Of a stretch of 64,000 bases of DNA, positions 15,001 through 30,000 are shown one piece after another; within the stretch, counting starts at the first letter, position 1, and each line of letters opens with the position of its first letter. Origin of the DNA: Promethearchaeota archaeon (GTDB lineage: Archaea; Asgardarchaeota; Lokiarchaeia; Sigyniarchaeales; SOKP01); contig JBHLOJ010000001.1 of NCBI GenBank assembly GCA_048940605.1, forward strand, positions 9,185 through 73,184. The letters run 5' to 3'. The position numbers and the translations under genes are program-made. The notes under the pieces are model-generated. The model was given only the letters and a program-made list of their open reading frames with translations. It searched no databases and was not told the origin of the DNA.

Positions 15001-18000
15001 AATACCGCTTTCAGTCTCAATATAATTAGGCCCAAATATCTCGGCAAGATCGTATGTAATATTTGTTTTTTGAGCTGAAATTCGGGTAGTCTCATAGGAC
15101 GTATAGGCAACTGAAAGGTCATATTTAACTAAGTTTAGTGTAGAGACAATCTCAAGCTTAGAACTGCTTCCCAAATTCATCTCGATTATACAATTCCAAT
15201 CGTATTCTAATTTGGCCCTAATGAAATATTTTTCATTTTCAATGTCATGATATAGAAGTTGATCAATTTGCTCACGAGAAAGGGTAAAAATATCGTTTTC
15301 TAAAGAAAATTCTTCAAAATCAAGATAATTATTTCGAATATAAAAATTATAATCTTCCTCTAATAAGGCATATTGAGAGAATAAAAAGGCGTCATCAAAT
15401 TCGATTTCACCTGAGTACATGAGATCGACTTCTATCTGTTCAAGATACACAGAATCATCAGTAAAATAGTCGGTAAGATCGATATCAAACTCAACTTCAG
15501 GATTAATCATATGTTCCGTATCGGGAGTATCATAATAGACGCTGGCATTAATGGAAGTAATATCAAAATGAGTTTTCGATACAAAACAATCACTTATGCC
15601 TTCTTCAACGGCAAACACAGCTATAATCTCAAATTGATCTCCGGTTGTCTCATTAAAATAATTTTCAAACACGATAAAATTTCTATCAACTACATAGGAA
15701 AAGCTATTTGTACCTGTATAATCGTCATATACCACAAACCTAACCTCATCCCATTTTTCCTCAACAAAGTTATACATATAAATTGTTAATAGAGCGGCAC
15801 TTTTTTCCTCATCACTTAATACCAAACGTCCTGTGGTTTTATCAATTTTATCTATTTCATAACCAGGAATGGCATCATATTGAACGACAAATTCTAAGAA
15901 TTTGGTAATATTTTCCTTATAATCTTTATTAAAGGTAAGAGTAATAGGATCTAGTGAGGATACAGAACCTTTCTTCCACTCAAACGCTTTATAGGTAATA
16001 TCTGCGAACAAAAATCCAGAATAATCCCTATAGGTATTAATTAGGGTAATAATTCCTTCACTCAAATCAAACTCATAATCACTACCTTCATATAAAACAT
16101 CCTTATCTGTGCGAACTTCGTCAATTTCAAAGCCAAAATCATAGATTAACTGACCAAATGAATAGGTTGAAGCATCTGTCTTGGTCAGCAATATACTTTC
16201 TTGAGAAATGGGCATATATGGAGTTTCTACCTCCTCACCATTAAGGGTAAGGTCGGACTCAGCAGTTTCGATCTCAAAATGAGCAGAAAGTAATTCATAA
16301 CCATATATTCCTTTAAACAGGTTCCCATCTACTTTGCAGTTACTAACAGAAGATTCGATTGTAATATAGAGATCATAGATGCTTCCACGAGAGATCGCCT
16401 CCACAAGCATCTCAAGTTCTGATGTATCAAATCCAAATTGATCCAAATCAATGGTAAGATCATAGTTATGAAATCCGAGTAATGACTTATCCAAACTAAT
16501 AGATGCGGTTCCGATTAGGTCTGTTGTTTCATCTGCTGGATTATATCTATTAATAGTAACAGTTAGTCTATAATCTGTACATGACACTTGAGATAATTCC
16601 GAATATATAACATCTTTAAATCCTGCATTCAAGTCTAAGTGTAAGGAACCTCCGGTGAAATTGGTAGTGCTTTCCAATATATTGTATTGGAATAATAACT
16701 CGTCTTGTAAGGCAAATCTATAGAGATTTTTGCTATTCACTTTCCCAAAATGGATATCACCTTTTACTAGTGCTAAAGGATCGACTGAACCGGTGAAATG
16801 AACAAACGTTCCGTCCTCATTCATTCCTACGGTATAGCCCACATCAACATTAGGATGGACATAGGTTCCATAGAGCGTAGTATTTACCCATAGATTCGAA
16901 ATGAAGAATGGTTTTGTATAATTTACTTCTCCACTAGCAAAACTTTCGGGTAAATACCAATTACCATCAACAGAACTGTAGTTAAGAGTCATTTGAGGGA
17001 TATAATCAATTGTTATATTGGTAAAGAAATATTTCATCGGAGAATTAAACACAAGCTCCTCTTCAGAAGTAATCCAGTACGAAAAGATGGGATATTCATA
17101 AAAAATACTATTACTGTCGATAAAACTCCCTTTTACGGCAACGATCTCGCCTAGATTCTCTATAGAGGAAACGTTTACCCTAAAATTCTCGTCAAGTGGC
17201 ATATTAACATTAAGAGTCGCCTGAGGGTACATAATTTCTTGTGATTCTGCGATTATCACGCTCTCAAGAACTTCTACGGTCTGACAAATAGTTATAGGAA
17301 CTTTCGGATCGGCTCTTTCATAGACAAAATAATTATTACTGTGATCAGAATCAATTGAAAAATTACTTGGAATTATATATGAAATTAAGGCCATTTGTAT
17401 AATTCCATTTTGGACGGTATGATTATCTAAGGTGGTAAAGGTAATTGGATTGCTAATTGAAATCTCATTTGTATTTGAGATGGGGATATATTCATTTTTA
17501 CTCACATTCTGTAAATACCAAATATGATTGTCTGAAAAAGTACCAGGGTTCCACACATCTTGAGAAACACCATCATTTTCAGCTCTAAGAATTCCGTTAA
17601 AATCTTGCCATTGTTGAGACGAATAATTATAATATACTAACCTAAATCGAGTACTCCATATCGCATCGGTTTTTCGGTTATCTAAGGCAATATCCAAGTC
17701 TAAAGCAAGTTCTAAACTTCCCCCTTCAAATTCTTCCATGTCTTGCAGTCCAAAATCCAAAACTATAGGTGTTAAAAGCGGGATTTGAATATCATCCATG
17801 GCACTGTTTCTAAAACGACTTGTGGCATATTCAGAATAATCTTCTAAGACTGAAGGCGGATATTTTGAGGCGTTATTACCCTCTATGTCAATATGGTCTA
17901 ATACAAATGAGGAAGGTGTTTGCGATTTACTAGGGTATACCTCAAAGTCGAGGTCTAACTCTAATAATTCCAAGTCCACGTAAGCGTTCGCGTTATTACG

Positions 18001-21000
18001 ACCAAAGACAGGTGTTTGCATGGTGTTTTTTAGGGTAAACTGAATGGTATTTTTCCCAAAGAATGGATCATCATACATTCCTGAATCGATATAGCTGGAG
18101 CTGTTTTGGTGATGTGAGAATGACGAATCTAATGAGATAGGCTCATTTATCACCGATATGTTTACCGGTTGATTTAACCATGTTACCACCAGATAATCCA
18201 ATATTAAATTCCTATCATCTAAAGAAGGATGGAAGATTTCTCCATCATCAGCAATCCACAATTCAACGGAATCAATGTTCCCTAGAAAATCAGACTCAAA
18301 ATTAGAATACGTGGAAGAAAAGGAAAGCTCATTATTGCCGTCTACAAGTAATTTTGAGGTAAACCCGTCTGTCTTTCCTCGGAAATATATGATAAAATCA
18401 TTGTTACCATCGAATAAATTATTAAAATTAAAATTAACTGTAGAAGTTTGAGCATTGGTTTTCTTGAAATCTAAATAGATATAATCGATCCGAGTTCCAA
18501 TAAGGTTCCAATAAGGACTAACAGAATCAGTACCTTGCGTTTCGATCTTGATTTTTACTTCATAGGCAGTAGAATTTCTTTCTAAATGTGAGCTTGAAAG
18601 AGAAATTGTTTCGGTTACCCATGAACCCCTCGATGTAATTTCTTTTACTTCTTCATAGGTATCATCACCATCTCCAGGATCTCCCCAATTCATCGCATAT
18701 ATCTTACACGAACCGCTGGATGTTTGCCATGCGTAATCCCAAAATATTTGTAGTTCAAGTTCTTTATCAACTGCAGTGGCAGTCCAATTTGGGAGGTTTG
18801 TAAAGGAATATTCTTCCGTTATTGTTAATTGTTGCGTGAGCGATCCAACTGTATAATTTCTCCATGCCAAATCGTCTCGAATATCAAAATTTGTAGCGGT
18901 GCTAGGAGTCCCAACCCCCGCCGATTTTGTCGCCGTCACATTATCATATCGTTCGGTAATCCAGGTGGTATTAAATTCCACATCATTACTATACATATCA
19001 TTTAAGTTTGATAGTGTACCAGTGATATTAATAGCATCTCCGGAGAAGGACGTCACTGTACTGTTTACTAATGATGATACCGTATTGATTAGAAGACTTG
19101 TCTCATTATAATGATAAGCACTAATATTATCATTGTAATCAGTAATATAGGTTGGAACCAATTCATAGCTAAAGATGTTGTCTTCTGTCATTTCATCATT
19201 AAAACTGTAAATAATATCCACATCAGCAGAAAGTTGGGTAAATAGATTCTCAGGAGTTAACATAGAATCGATACTGTTAGTTAGTACTTTATCAGCATGG
19301 CTTTCCTTGTTTTTATAGCTCAATACTAATGATTTATATTTTTCAAAATCAATCTCATCACTAATCTGCTTATAATAATGAGATTCTATTTTATGTACAC
19401 GAATTCCCTGATTTTCGTTGCTATATCGAGATTCAATTCGAGGTGCCATCGTAGGATCTATATCGGTAAGATTTAGTTTATCATCAATTTCATTGTTAAT
19501 AAACGCACTCCATTTTTGACTGCTATAATTATAATAGAAACAAACGATATTTTCTGTACCTGCGTTATTTAATGAGTTGTCAGAAATGTTAAGATAGATG
19601 TCATCACTTATGGCAACTGTAACGTTGTCATTTTGTTGGGCATCTCCTAAACGCTCAAAAGTAAACGCTGCTCGATAGAGGTCATGTTCTGCCGACCAAT
19701 CTTTACGTGTTATAAGACTTATTTTGTCAATCTGGAGTTGAAAACTAGAGCTCGCATCATGTTCTATTAAGAATGTAAAATAATACTTTCCCTCCTCTTT
19801 ATCATAAGCAGCACAATCGTCTTTTGAGACTGTAAATACGAGCATATCATCGTTTTGTACATAATTTATGGGTTTATAGGAAGTGCTTAAGACTGAAAAA
19901 CTCGCATCTTCTAAGATTGGATTACCAATAAGCATAACTTGAAGAGAATCGACATCATCCCAGTCAGCATCATCAATAATAAACTCAAACTCAACTGAAG
20001 CTCTATAATCCTCATTTGTAGAATCTATAATATAGTATTGATCATCTTTTATATGAGCGAAACTTGACGATGATCCTCCAATCCCGTTATAGATCCTTGG
20101 AAATACTCCCGCTTGTTCGGTAAATTGAACCTCTGAAAGCTTCACATCAACTATACTTGCCCCTTCCATCATAGTTATTGAATTTACCAAAAAGGATTCC
20201 TCACTATCTAGTTCTCCAACTATTTTCAGCTGGTCAAATGTTAATGAGGTATCGGTTTCTAATACGATAACTTGAGAAGAAAAGTCATCATTTCCGTTCT
20301 CAATAACCGTAAACTCGTGTGCAAGGATACTATTATCATAAAGAGCTAATTTAATTGAATCATTTGTATTTGCGGTACATACCAGTACCAATTGATCATT
20401 TGGAGTCATGGTTACATTATAGGCATAATGATTTTGGAGAGTAAGTGCTTCAGTTATGTTTGTTTGCATGTAAAGTATCCCTCCCCCCTGATGCATCTTT
20501 CCAATAGTATATTTTACCACAGGATCTTCATAATCATAACCGCCATACTCATTTATATCAATTTTGAAATATTGATTTTCAGAACTCATATCTCCTAAAT
20601 CCCACGAAATTGTATCACCACTAATTTGTTGAGTAGATATAAGCCCTCCCTCTGCGGGTCTCCCATTGTTCCAGGTAATGGTATTTTCTACAAAAGCCCC
20701 TGTTGAATATAAGGAAAGTGGAAGTCCATAACTTTGTCCTTTAGTTGCCTCCAATTCCCACTCATCATTATCTCCATGAACAAGATACCCAATCGAAGCG
20801 GTTTCGATAAAGGTCTCGAATTCTTCCATCACATCGTCTCCTGTAAGCAAATCGACATCAGTAGTATGACTATAACTCGACCGTGTTTCTACCCAGATAT
20901 ATGTATACCCGGGAGGGTTATTATCTTTTCGAGTCGTGCCCGATAATGAGTATCCAAAAGCAGATTCAATTTCCTCAAGAGGTCCATTAAGATCACCTAA

Positions 21001-24000
21001 GCTAATAGTAATAGTGGATAATTTGTCCACAGCTACGTCATAATGGTAGTCAGCAGTCTTAAATCCTGTATCAACATCATACCTAACCTTTGTTTTTTGA
21101 AAATATGGACCAGAAAGGACTGAGCTGACTCGATACATTTCACTATCATCTTCACGTGTATCATGTCTATCGCCAGACACATAGGAACCTATAAAGATAT
21201 TGGGTTCTTGGGAACAATAAAAATGATAACTATAATCGAGAAGATACGTGCTTAAATATTGATTATTTCCATAATTGGTATCAGGATAGAGTGATCGTAC
21301 ATACGCGTCGCTTGCCAACTGATTCTGGAAATAGATAGTATCTTCAGCCACCCCTTCTAAAGACCAAGAAGAGGATAAAAAGTTATCTTTAAATTTAATG
21401 GTTTGAGGATCTTCTACCAGATTAAATCCGCTATATCCGTATAATTCCACACCGCTGCTTGTAAAATCAATATTTTCACTTACATGCTCTCCGTTAATCG
21501 CTACTGACTCAAACTCATCGTAATTCAAGAAATTAGAAGAGGTATGGGTATACGTGTTAAAACTCCCAACACATAGATAGGCGTCATCATTATCATTTTG
21601 AGATGATTCTCTTTCGGTTATAATTTGTACCTTGAACTCGTGTAAATCATTCACAAAATAGTCATAAAAATAAGTGAGAGTAAAACTTTCAGCGGTATCA
21701 TAATCTGGAAAGATTTCTGATGTAGTTTTAAAACTACTAGTATTAATAATAATATTTTGAAGCTGGAATTTGTTAACATTATGCTCATCCCCGAGAAAGT
21801 CATTATCATCATGAAACATAACTTTCCCATCTTCAGTGAAAATTTGTACAATTTGGGGATCAGTATCATCATTCACTAGAAAAGAGCCTCCCTCGCTAAA
21901 AGAACTATCATAGGCGATATTCCCATTAGAATCTACTCCACCAGGGAAAGTAGCACCATAACTGATGGAATTTATTCTATTATGCCCTAATGTACCCCAT
22001 TCAGGTCTAAACGCATCGTCTGGGGGTGAAGAGCCGTCGGGATGCCACGTCCAGAAATCATAAAAGAGCTCATCTTCGATATAGGTAGAGGAGGAATCCA
22101 GCGATACTAAGGGGATAGACTCCCACTCTTCAGAAACAAAGTTCCACAGCTGAATAGACAAGGGATAATTGCCCCCTTCGAATGAAATAGAATTTATAGA
22201 AGCATCAAAAGAGAGCTGAATTGAATCTATACTTTCCCTGCTTACAACGGGTAGTTTATAGGTATATTGAAAGCCGAATACTCCATCCTCATCCTTTTCA
22301 CTGGTAATATATTGACTCCAGTTGAGCATCGTAATCTCAACCTCTGAAACAGAAGGGCTTTGCATAAGCGAACTATCCGTCGTTATCCTTTCTACCTCAA
22401 AGTAATATAAATACGCCTCGGAATATCCATATTCCCCACCGGAATAAAACGAGATACTAGTAATATCTTGAATTAGCTCTCGATTACAATCAATAGTTGC
22501 TCCTGTTTCGTAGGTCTGCCCATTTATTTTTAATTCTCCAGTTGCTTGTGGAACTTCCATTTCTAAATAAAAACTCAAATAGAAGTCATCACTGTTGTAT
22601 GAATCATTAATGTTAAAACTGAATATATTGATATAAGACGTTTGACCATTTCCACCAGGATGGAGAGTAACATAATTTGTATCATCAAAATAGGTATCAC
22701 TTATGGTTCCTGACATGTGTCCTCCTGAAAAAGGAACATAAACAAAAGATATACTCTTTAAATATTCCTCTGAAATAGATATCGGGATCGCACCAGATTT
22801 ATATACTTGAGTTGCTTCAGAATTATTTACTGAGAAGTCTGCTAAATCGTTTTTCACATATACATACTGTTCATTATTCGCACTACCTTCAGGGTCATAA
22901 TAATTATACAAACCGCTTGAATTTAACTCGTTATGAATGCCCGAATAATACATATCAGAGAAATTGTATGTTTCACTCATGTAGGGGTTTGAAGCAAACG
23001 CAGCATCAATGTAGTTGTTCATAAAATTATCTTCACGCGAATTATCGTCTTTTGAATTAAGGTATTGGGCAAGCTCTCCAGATTCATATGTATTCCCATA
23101 GGAAATTAAGCTATTTTCCAATTCAGGCATAGTAACATAATCTCCACTTAATTCATTTCTCACTTCTTCTGGATAGAATACTTTACTTCCGTACCCAGAG
23201 ATCACAGGGCTATAGTGATAGGTCATGAAATCTGGGAGAAGGCGCCAATTTGCTAAAGGGGAGGTATAACTGGTGCCTGGATTTAACCACATAAACGGGA
23301 GTTTGGCATCTTCAAAAAATATACCAGAAGCGGAAATCAGCTGCGTGTCAGAAGTACCTGAATAGGATTGAAAGGAAGGATCAATTGCAACTCGTTCTTC
23401 GCTTTCAAACGACTCAAATGCGAATGCAATTTTAATGTTTGTAAGAGTAGACCATAGTGATTGCAAATCAAGTTGAATTTCGTGTTGAGAATATTTTATT
23501 TTATTAAATTCTAACTCGTTCCATCCATTACTCCCTGCAAGTCTGTAATATACGTGGTTAACTATATATATTGGTGTTTTTTCAGGGACTATTACAGGAT
23601 AATAAGAAGGCGATAACTCTGCTTTATCGTATTCTTCGAAAACAAAGCATATAGGACTTACAATTTCGGTAGCATCTTCTGAATAGGATATGGTGGTCTG
23701 AAAAATTCCAGATTCAGAAGATATTACTAATTTTTCTAAAATATTATCTGCGATGGTAATTAAATCTATTATTTTGAACTTTGTATCATCAAATCCAGTT
23801 ATTTCAAAATCAGTCCATTCTTCTGTTCCTGATTTTCTCCTCAAGGCGTTAACTGCATCCATCTTTCCAATCGCAAGTCTTTCAATACCAAGGATAATCG
23901 TATCAATTCCGTTTAACTTATCATATTCAATCACCACTATTTTACCTAAAACTGAATCTGCTATCACATTTTTTAATTCTAACTTAAAATTATATTCAAA

Positions 24001-27000
24001 TATTTGAGAATAATAGGCATCTTCGATCAGACCTCCGACCAGTATTGCTTTTCTATCTGATGCTGAGAAGTAATTTTCAATTTCTACTGATGTTGGAAGG
24101 AAATTAAGGGGTGTATGGCGATCATCTAAATAGGTGAGGTCATAATCGGTATCAAAACAGTATTTCCAGATGGAATATACTTCTGACGTGTCTTTTTGGA
24201 TGGAGATCAACACGGAATTTGAGGTACTCCCATCATATTCCACATCAAATGTAATATAATTATAACCTGAAAGTTGCGTTACGTTTTCTTTTATAACCCA
24301 ATCTAAATTATCATTGAGATAGATTATATCAATTTGTGAAGCAGATACTCTTATGATTTCATATGATTTATCCTTGTTTACATCCCATAATTTGAATACT
24401 TGATCTTGGATTGAAGCGATGGTGCTTTCATTACTGAGCGAGGAATCAAGGTTCCATCCGGTTTGATTGTCAAATTTGTAGATAGAAATATCTATATTAG
24501 AGCTTACTTCGGATATAATGATTGGTTGCCATTCATTACTACTACGAAATAATCCCCATGAACCCCATAAGTCAGCGTTCTTTACCGGAGTGACCTGGAG
24601 GGGTAAATATTCATAGGAAAAGCCATACATGGAAGCCATAAATGAAGCATCTTCGGAAATATCCCATGTTATTGAATAACTTCCATTCGAAAGGATAGTT
24701 GCAGAATCAGTTTGCATTTCCACCCATTCTTTTTCAAGGGGATTATAATATTGAGCGATTATATCCCACAGCCCTTCATTGCCAAAAAAATTTTCAATGT
24801 ATCCCTCAATATCGTTTTCATTGGAAAGTGCTGAAGAGTTATATTCAAAAATATGACCAAATACTAGATCAGATATTAATTTAATTTGAGTGTAATCATA
24901 TAATTTTACACTATGGGAATGATTTAGATAATTTCCTGCTTTATCAAAAAGAAGAACTTTTAGACTATAATTTTCGGGAGGAAGTGCTTCTAGCAGATCA
25001 CCATCCCAATAATAGTTCCATATATCTTCTGCTCCAGAATAATAGGCTCTACCGATATAAGTATCATTAGAACCATAAATCATTATTCTACCTACATCTA
25101 CTTCTCCTAAAGCAGTAGGAAGCACTGAAGATACATTAACTTGGATGGTGCTATCGAGATACACATCAGAGCCGAATATAATGATACCCGCTCCCGTGGA
25201 ATTGGTACCGAGTGACCATTCAAATACATTTTGGTCGACAGGCTCTTGTTCCATAGTATTGTCGAAAACACCTGTCATTTTATGAGATATAAATACATTA
25301 TCAAGGCCATCCTCAACACCTAGCCAAAAGAGAAACTCATTTCCTTCTTCAAGTGAGAGATATTCTGAAATATTAAAATAATTCCCAGAAGATTTTAAAT
25401 CCCATTTTTTAGAATTATTATTGAATTGTAGCACAATTTCATTTTCAACTAACTCGTAAAATTGAGCATAAATCTGTCCTGTTAAGGCAGAAGATAAAGC
25501 ATATCTATATTGAGAGTCGATTTGTAATAACAAGGAGGTACCTTCAAGCAAAATGGTAAATTTATCGATGGTATAATTTCCAATCTTAATACTCTGAATA
25601 CTTTTGATATATTGGGTGCTAGTGAAGGGATCTCCATACCCGTCGATTTCATAGGTAAATTGCTCATAATCAAGAGATCCAACAATGCTAATATTATACC
25701 ACGCTAAGGGATTTGTATAATAGAAGGTGATATTTTTAATCCCTAACTGATCTTCGAGTGTTTGATCAATTTGAGACCAATCAAAATTGTCAAAAATCTC
25801 ATCAAACGCAGTTATTGTAAGATATTCTTCTTCATTAAAGTAAATAATCTCTGAAATGGTGTTATTATAGATAATTTTATCATCAGCATAGATGTGTTCT
25901 TCAAATAGTGTAATTTCAGAAAACACATTATCAAAATATATATCGTGAATAATGGTGTTATTACTATTTCCCGCACGATCTAAAGCATATAATGTTATGT
26001 CGTAATACCCATCCGATAATTGAGCACTATCAAGGATAATTTGCCATATGTTATTAGATATTTCAATTAAGGAATAGTCAATAGCAGTAGTAATGAGCCC
26101 AGATGCTTCATTTTTAAACTCAACCTCTAGGATACAATCTAAAGAATCGGATACTGTTACATTTATCTGTACTATATCGCTTACCACATTATTACTTATG
26201 CTCGTTCCAGAGAATACTGGAGGGGTCCTATCAAAATAAAGGGTAAAATTAAATTCGGTCTCAAATCCTAAGGTGTCATTAGAAAATAATTGAATATAGG
26301 TAAGACCTTCATTAATTACGGTATCGTTGAAGAAATAAGTATATGTAGTCCCTACAACGTCCCACCACCCTATTATTGAACTATTAAATGAATAACTATC
26401 AACTCCCGAAAAATCGTCAATAATAAAAGAAATAGAACCAGATTCGGGATTAATAGGATGAGCAACGTCAAATTGCTGATAAATTTCTGGACCTTGATAA
26501 TCAATGGTAAACACTTGAGGAATGGTATAAGCAGAAATCTCCCCCGAAATATCATAAAATTCCCCTATCATAGTATAATTATCTTGTGGTAAGGATTGGA
26601 ACGAATACGAACCGATAAACTGATTTACTGAATGAGTCGCATTTGATATCCCAAAATCGATGGTAAAATTGTGTACTCCATCTAAGTCTTGTTGGGAGAA
26701 AAGAGTTATGCAAATCTGATCATCTATGAAATAGGAAAATTCGTATGAAGAACCGTTTAATTTAACAGCTTCAATTGAACATACCTCATCCCCTCCAGGT
26801 AAGCTTGGTATACCTAAAGTAAATCTATACTCAGAAACCTGCACTTCAGTATAATTTACGCTTTCCACGTAGTCATATTCTGCAGACAGCTCAATAATCT
26901 CGACTAACTCCCCATAAGAATTATACACTTTAAGTACAGGAGGCAAGTTTTTTACCACAAAAGGAATTTTATGAGAATTATTATATGCATTAGAATTGTT

Positions 27001-30000
27001 GGCAAAACTCATCAAAATATTACTAGTCTCCGCTGAGATATTCACATCAATATTAGAAATCTCCACGATATCGCTAAATGATTCTGATGTGGCAATGATA
27101 TCTAATTTTTTCGAGGTGATAAATGTTGTTCCTTGGTAGAGCTTTATTTCTATAGGAATAATGGTAAAATCAGAGCCGAAGATATTATAGTAGGCAGAAT
27201 TTAATTTTATATCGGGATCATAAGCTCCATCATCTTCAAAATAAATATGATTTTGCTCACTTACAATATTGGTGAGAGTAAAAGTTTCATAACTAGTTGC
27301 TAGGGTAATTTTTGTAATATCATTATCAAACGGAATAACCTTTACATTAATATCAACCATATCTTCTTGATCAAGACCATATAATTTACTCATCTCAAGC
27401 TCTTCTATTGCAAAAAGTTCATGGTTATTGAAATCCTTCACAATCCAATAGGTTCCATCTGAGATGGTCTTTTCATTAAATAGGGTATCATATCCTGTAA
27501 ATCGAAAGGTGATATTATCATCTGCTAAATTAATTATATTGAACACAATCTCAGTTAGAGAATTATTATTGGCATAAAATGTTCCATAATTATTCCACGT
27601 AGCAGTTGTTGGCGTTTCATATTTATATTCAAATTTAACTTTACAGAAATCTAAACTAGTGGAATTAATAGCCATAGAAACTAAATTATTCTGGATATTA
27701 TCATAGGTGTTACCAAGGATGAGAGAGTAGGGATCATCAGAAAAGAGCGTCATTTGAGGAGGATTGATATCTAAGATAACCTGATCTAAGGTGTAATTAT
27801 GCGTATAATATGGAAATCCAGATCCGTAGATAAGATTTGCTTCAATAATAAAATTTACATCATAATCATCGGGATTTAATCCTTTAGTGGACACCCAATC
27901 TGATAAGGAATCTAGATATACTAGCCAATAGTCTGAAGCAAGTTCGGTAAAATTGATAGATGTTAAGAAGTCAATCTCATCAGATTCGTTAATATATACA
28001 TCTAAAGAGCTTATATGCCATTGGTATTCATCTTCAATATTTATACCTATCTGTGAGTTATGATTAATCCTTCCTTCCTTATCTGTATAGGTGAAATTAA
28101 TAAGATCTTCAAAATGATCAATCTCAAAATAGATATCATAATAATCATACACAAAGTTTGAGATATCATCCGTTGCTTTTGCCACAAAATACCAAGTGCC
28201 ATTATCAGGTAAATTATAACTCTCCTCAACATAGGAATACAGCCCATCATCATAGCTATAGGAAGCAAAGAGATTCCACTCTTCAGGAGTAGGGTTCTGT
28301 AAGTCAGGTTCCGTACCTGCTAAGTAAAATTCAAGCAACTCTATTGGCTTACCCGTGGAGTTACATTCATAATTCAACCACCCACTGATGGTTTCCCCTG
28401 ATACGGTAATTGGCGTCCATCCGCTTGCTCCATCTTCTCTAGAAACCGTCACATCAATGGCAAGGAATGGTCCACCTGAATGAGATTCAATCTCGGCATC
28501 AGACATTGAGGTATTAAATACTGAAAGATCATCCAAAATCCCTGTAAAGCAGGAGAAAGAGGAGGTTTCAGCTCCAATAATAAGATCTCCTCCTTCTTTA
28601 AGGGTACCACCACTATTCCACGGTTCTGCGGTTACACCTAAGGCTGATCGGCACCATGTATCTCCAATGAGCACGTCTACATCATTTCCAGAGTTATTAA
28701 ATCGCAAAGCAATGTAATTCCAAGAGTTAAGCGCCACAGCTCCAATATACCCATAAGTTGCACTTGCTTCTACGGAATTAGTATTGAGATAAATTTCCGC
28801 AAATCCTGTCTCATTTACGCCTATTTCTATAATCCCTGCTTTTGAGAAAAAGACATTTTTAATCCCATTATCACTTTCATTGGAGATAAAAGCTGTGGGA
28901 TAAAACCATCCAGAAATGACGAAATCATTATCGAGATCATTATCCAGCACATCACTCCAATTTACAAAATCAGTTCCTGTGCCATCGAATGATAATGCAG
29001 AACCACGCTTTCCAGTAGTCCATGTCGAATTACCTTCAATGGTTCCTTCTAAATCATTTATAAATTCTCTAGTAGTACTACCACTCCCCTCATCAAACTC
29101 AGCCATAAACGCGAGAGAAGAAGAAGGTGGTGCTTCAGAATAACTTGCAATAACTTTTAATAAATCATAAAGATCATAGTTCCAATCTGGATAATGATCG
29201 TCATCCTTATCTAGGAAGAAACGTTTTCCATGAATATCAGTTTCAAGTCCCGCATACTCAACATGAGACAAGGGATTATAAAATTCACTCTTACATGAAG
29301 ATTCAATTTTTACTAGTAAATTTTGTTCAATTGAACCATACACTATGTGGCTATAATAGAATTTGCCTTTTTTATCAGTACTAATATTCGAAATTTTTAT
29401 AAAACGATCACTTTCTTCAATGTAGAGATCGAGATTATCCAATGGAACGTTCTCATGGGCCGAATTTTGTATTTGTCCATCATATACTATTCTCCAGCAG
29501 AGCTTTCCCTCTATTTCATCTTCGAAGGTATATACTCCTGCATAATTAAACCCATCTTCAATTGGTTCTGGGAAAGGCTCATTAGAAACTACATGCAAGT
29601 CATCCCTTCCAAGGATTATTTCATATGTCTGAGGAGAAGCAGACCTGAACCCAAATCCAGTTAATTCACTATAATAAACTTCCACTTTATAAGTTCCAGG
29701 AGCGAGATCTAAAGTATTAAGTGGGACGTGAGTAATCATTTCATAATCATTTTTAGGACCGTTTACATACTCTGATGATACATCATAATATTTCTGTAGG
29801 CGAAATCCTTCTATTGGGGGGACTTTTTGGGGGATAAATCGCACTCGTATAAGCGAAGCCACCCCAAGTATTGGGGATATCTTACATTTAATAATAAATT
29901 CGTCATTTATCGATAGATCATCTAAATCTTCGAGATAAGAGGAATATTCTAATGATGAGAAGTCAATTGAAGCGGGGTGAAGTCTCTGGTCTTGTGAAAC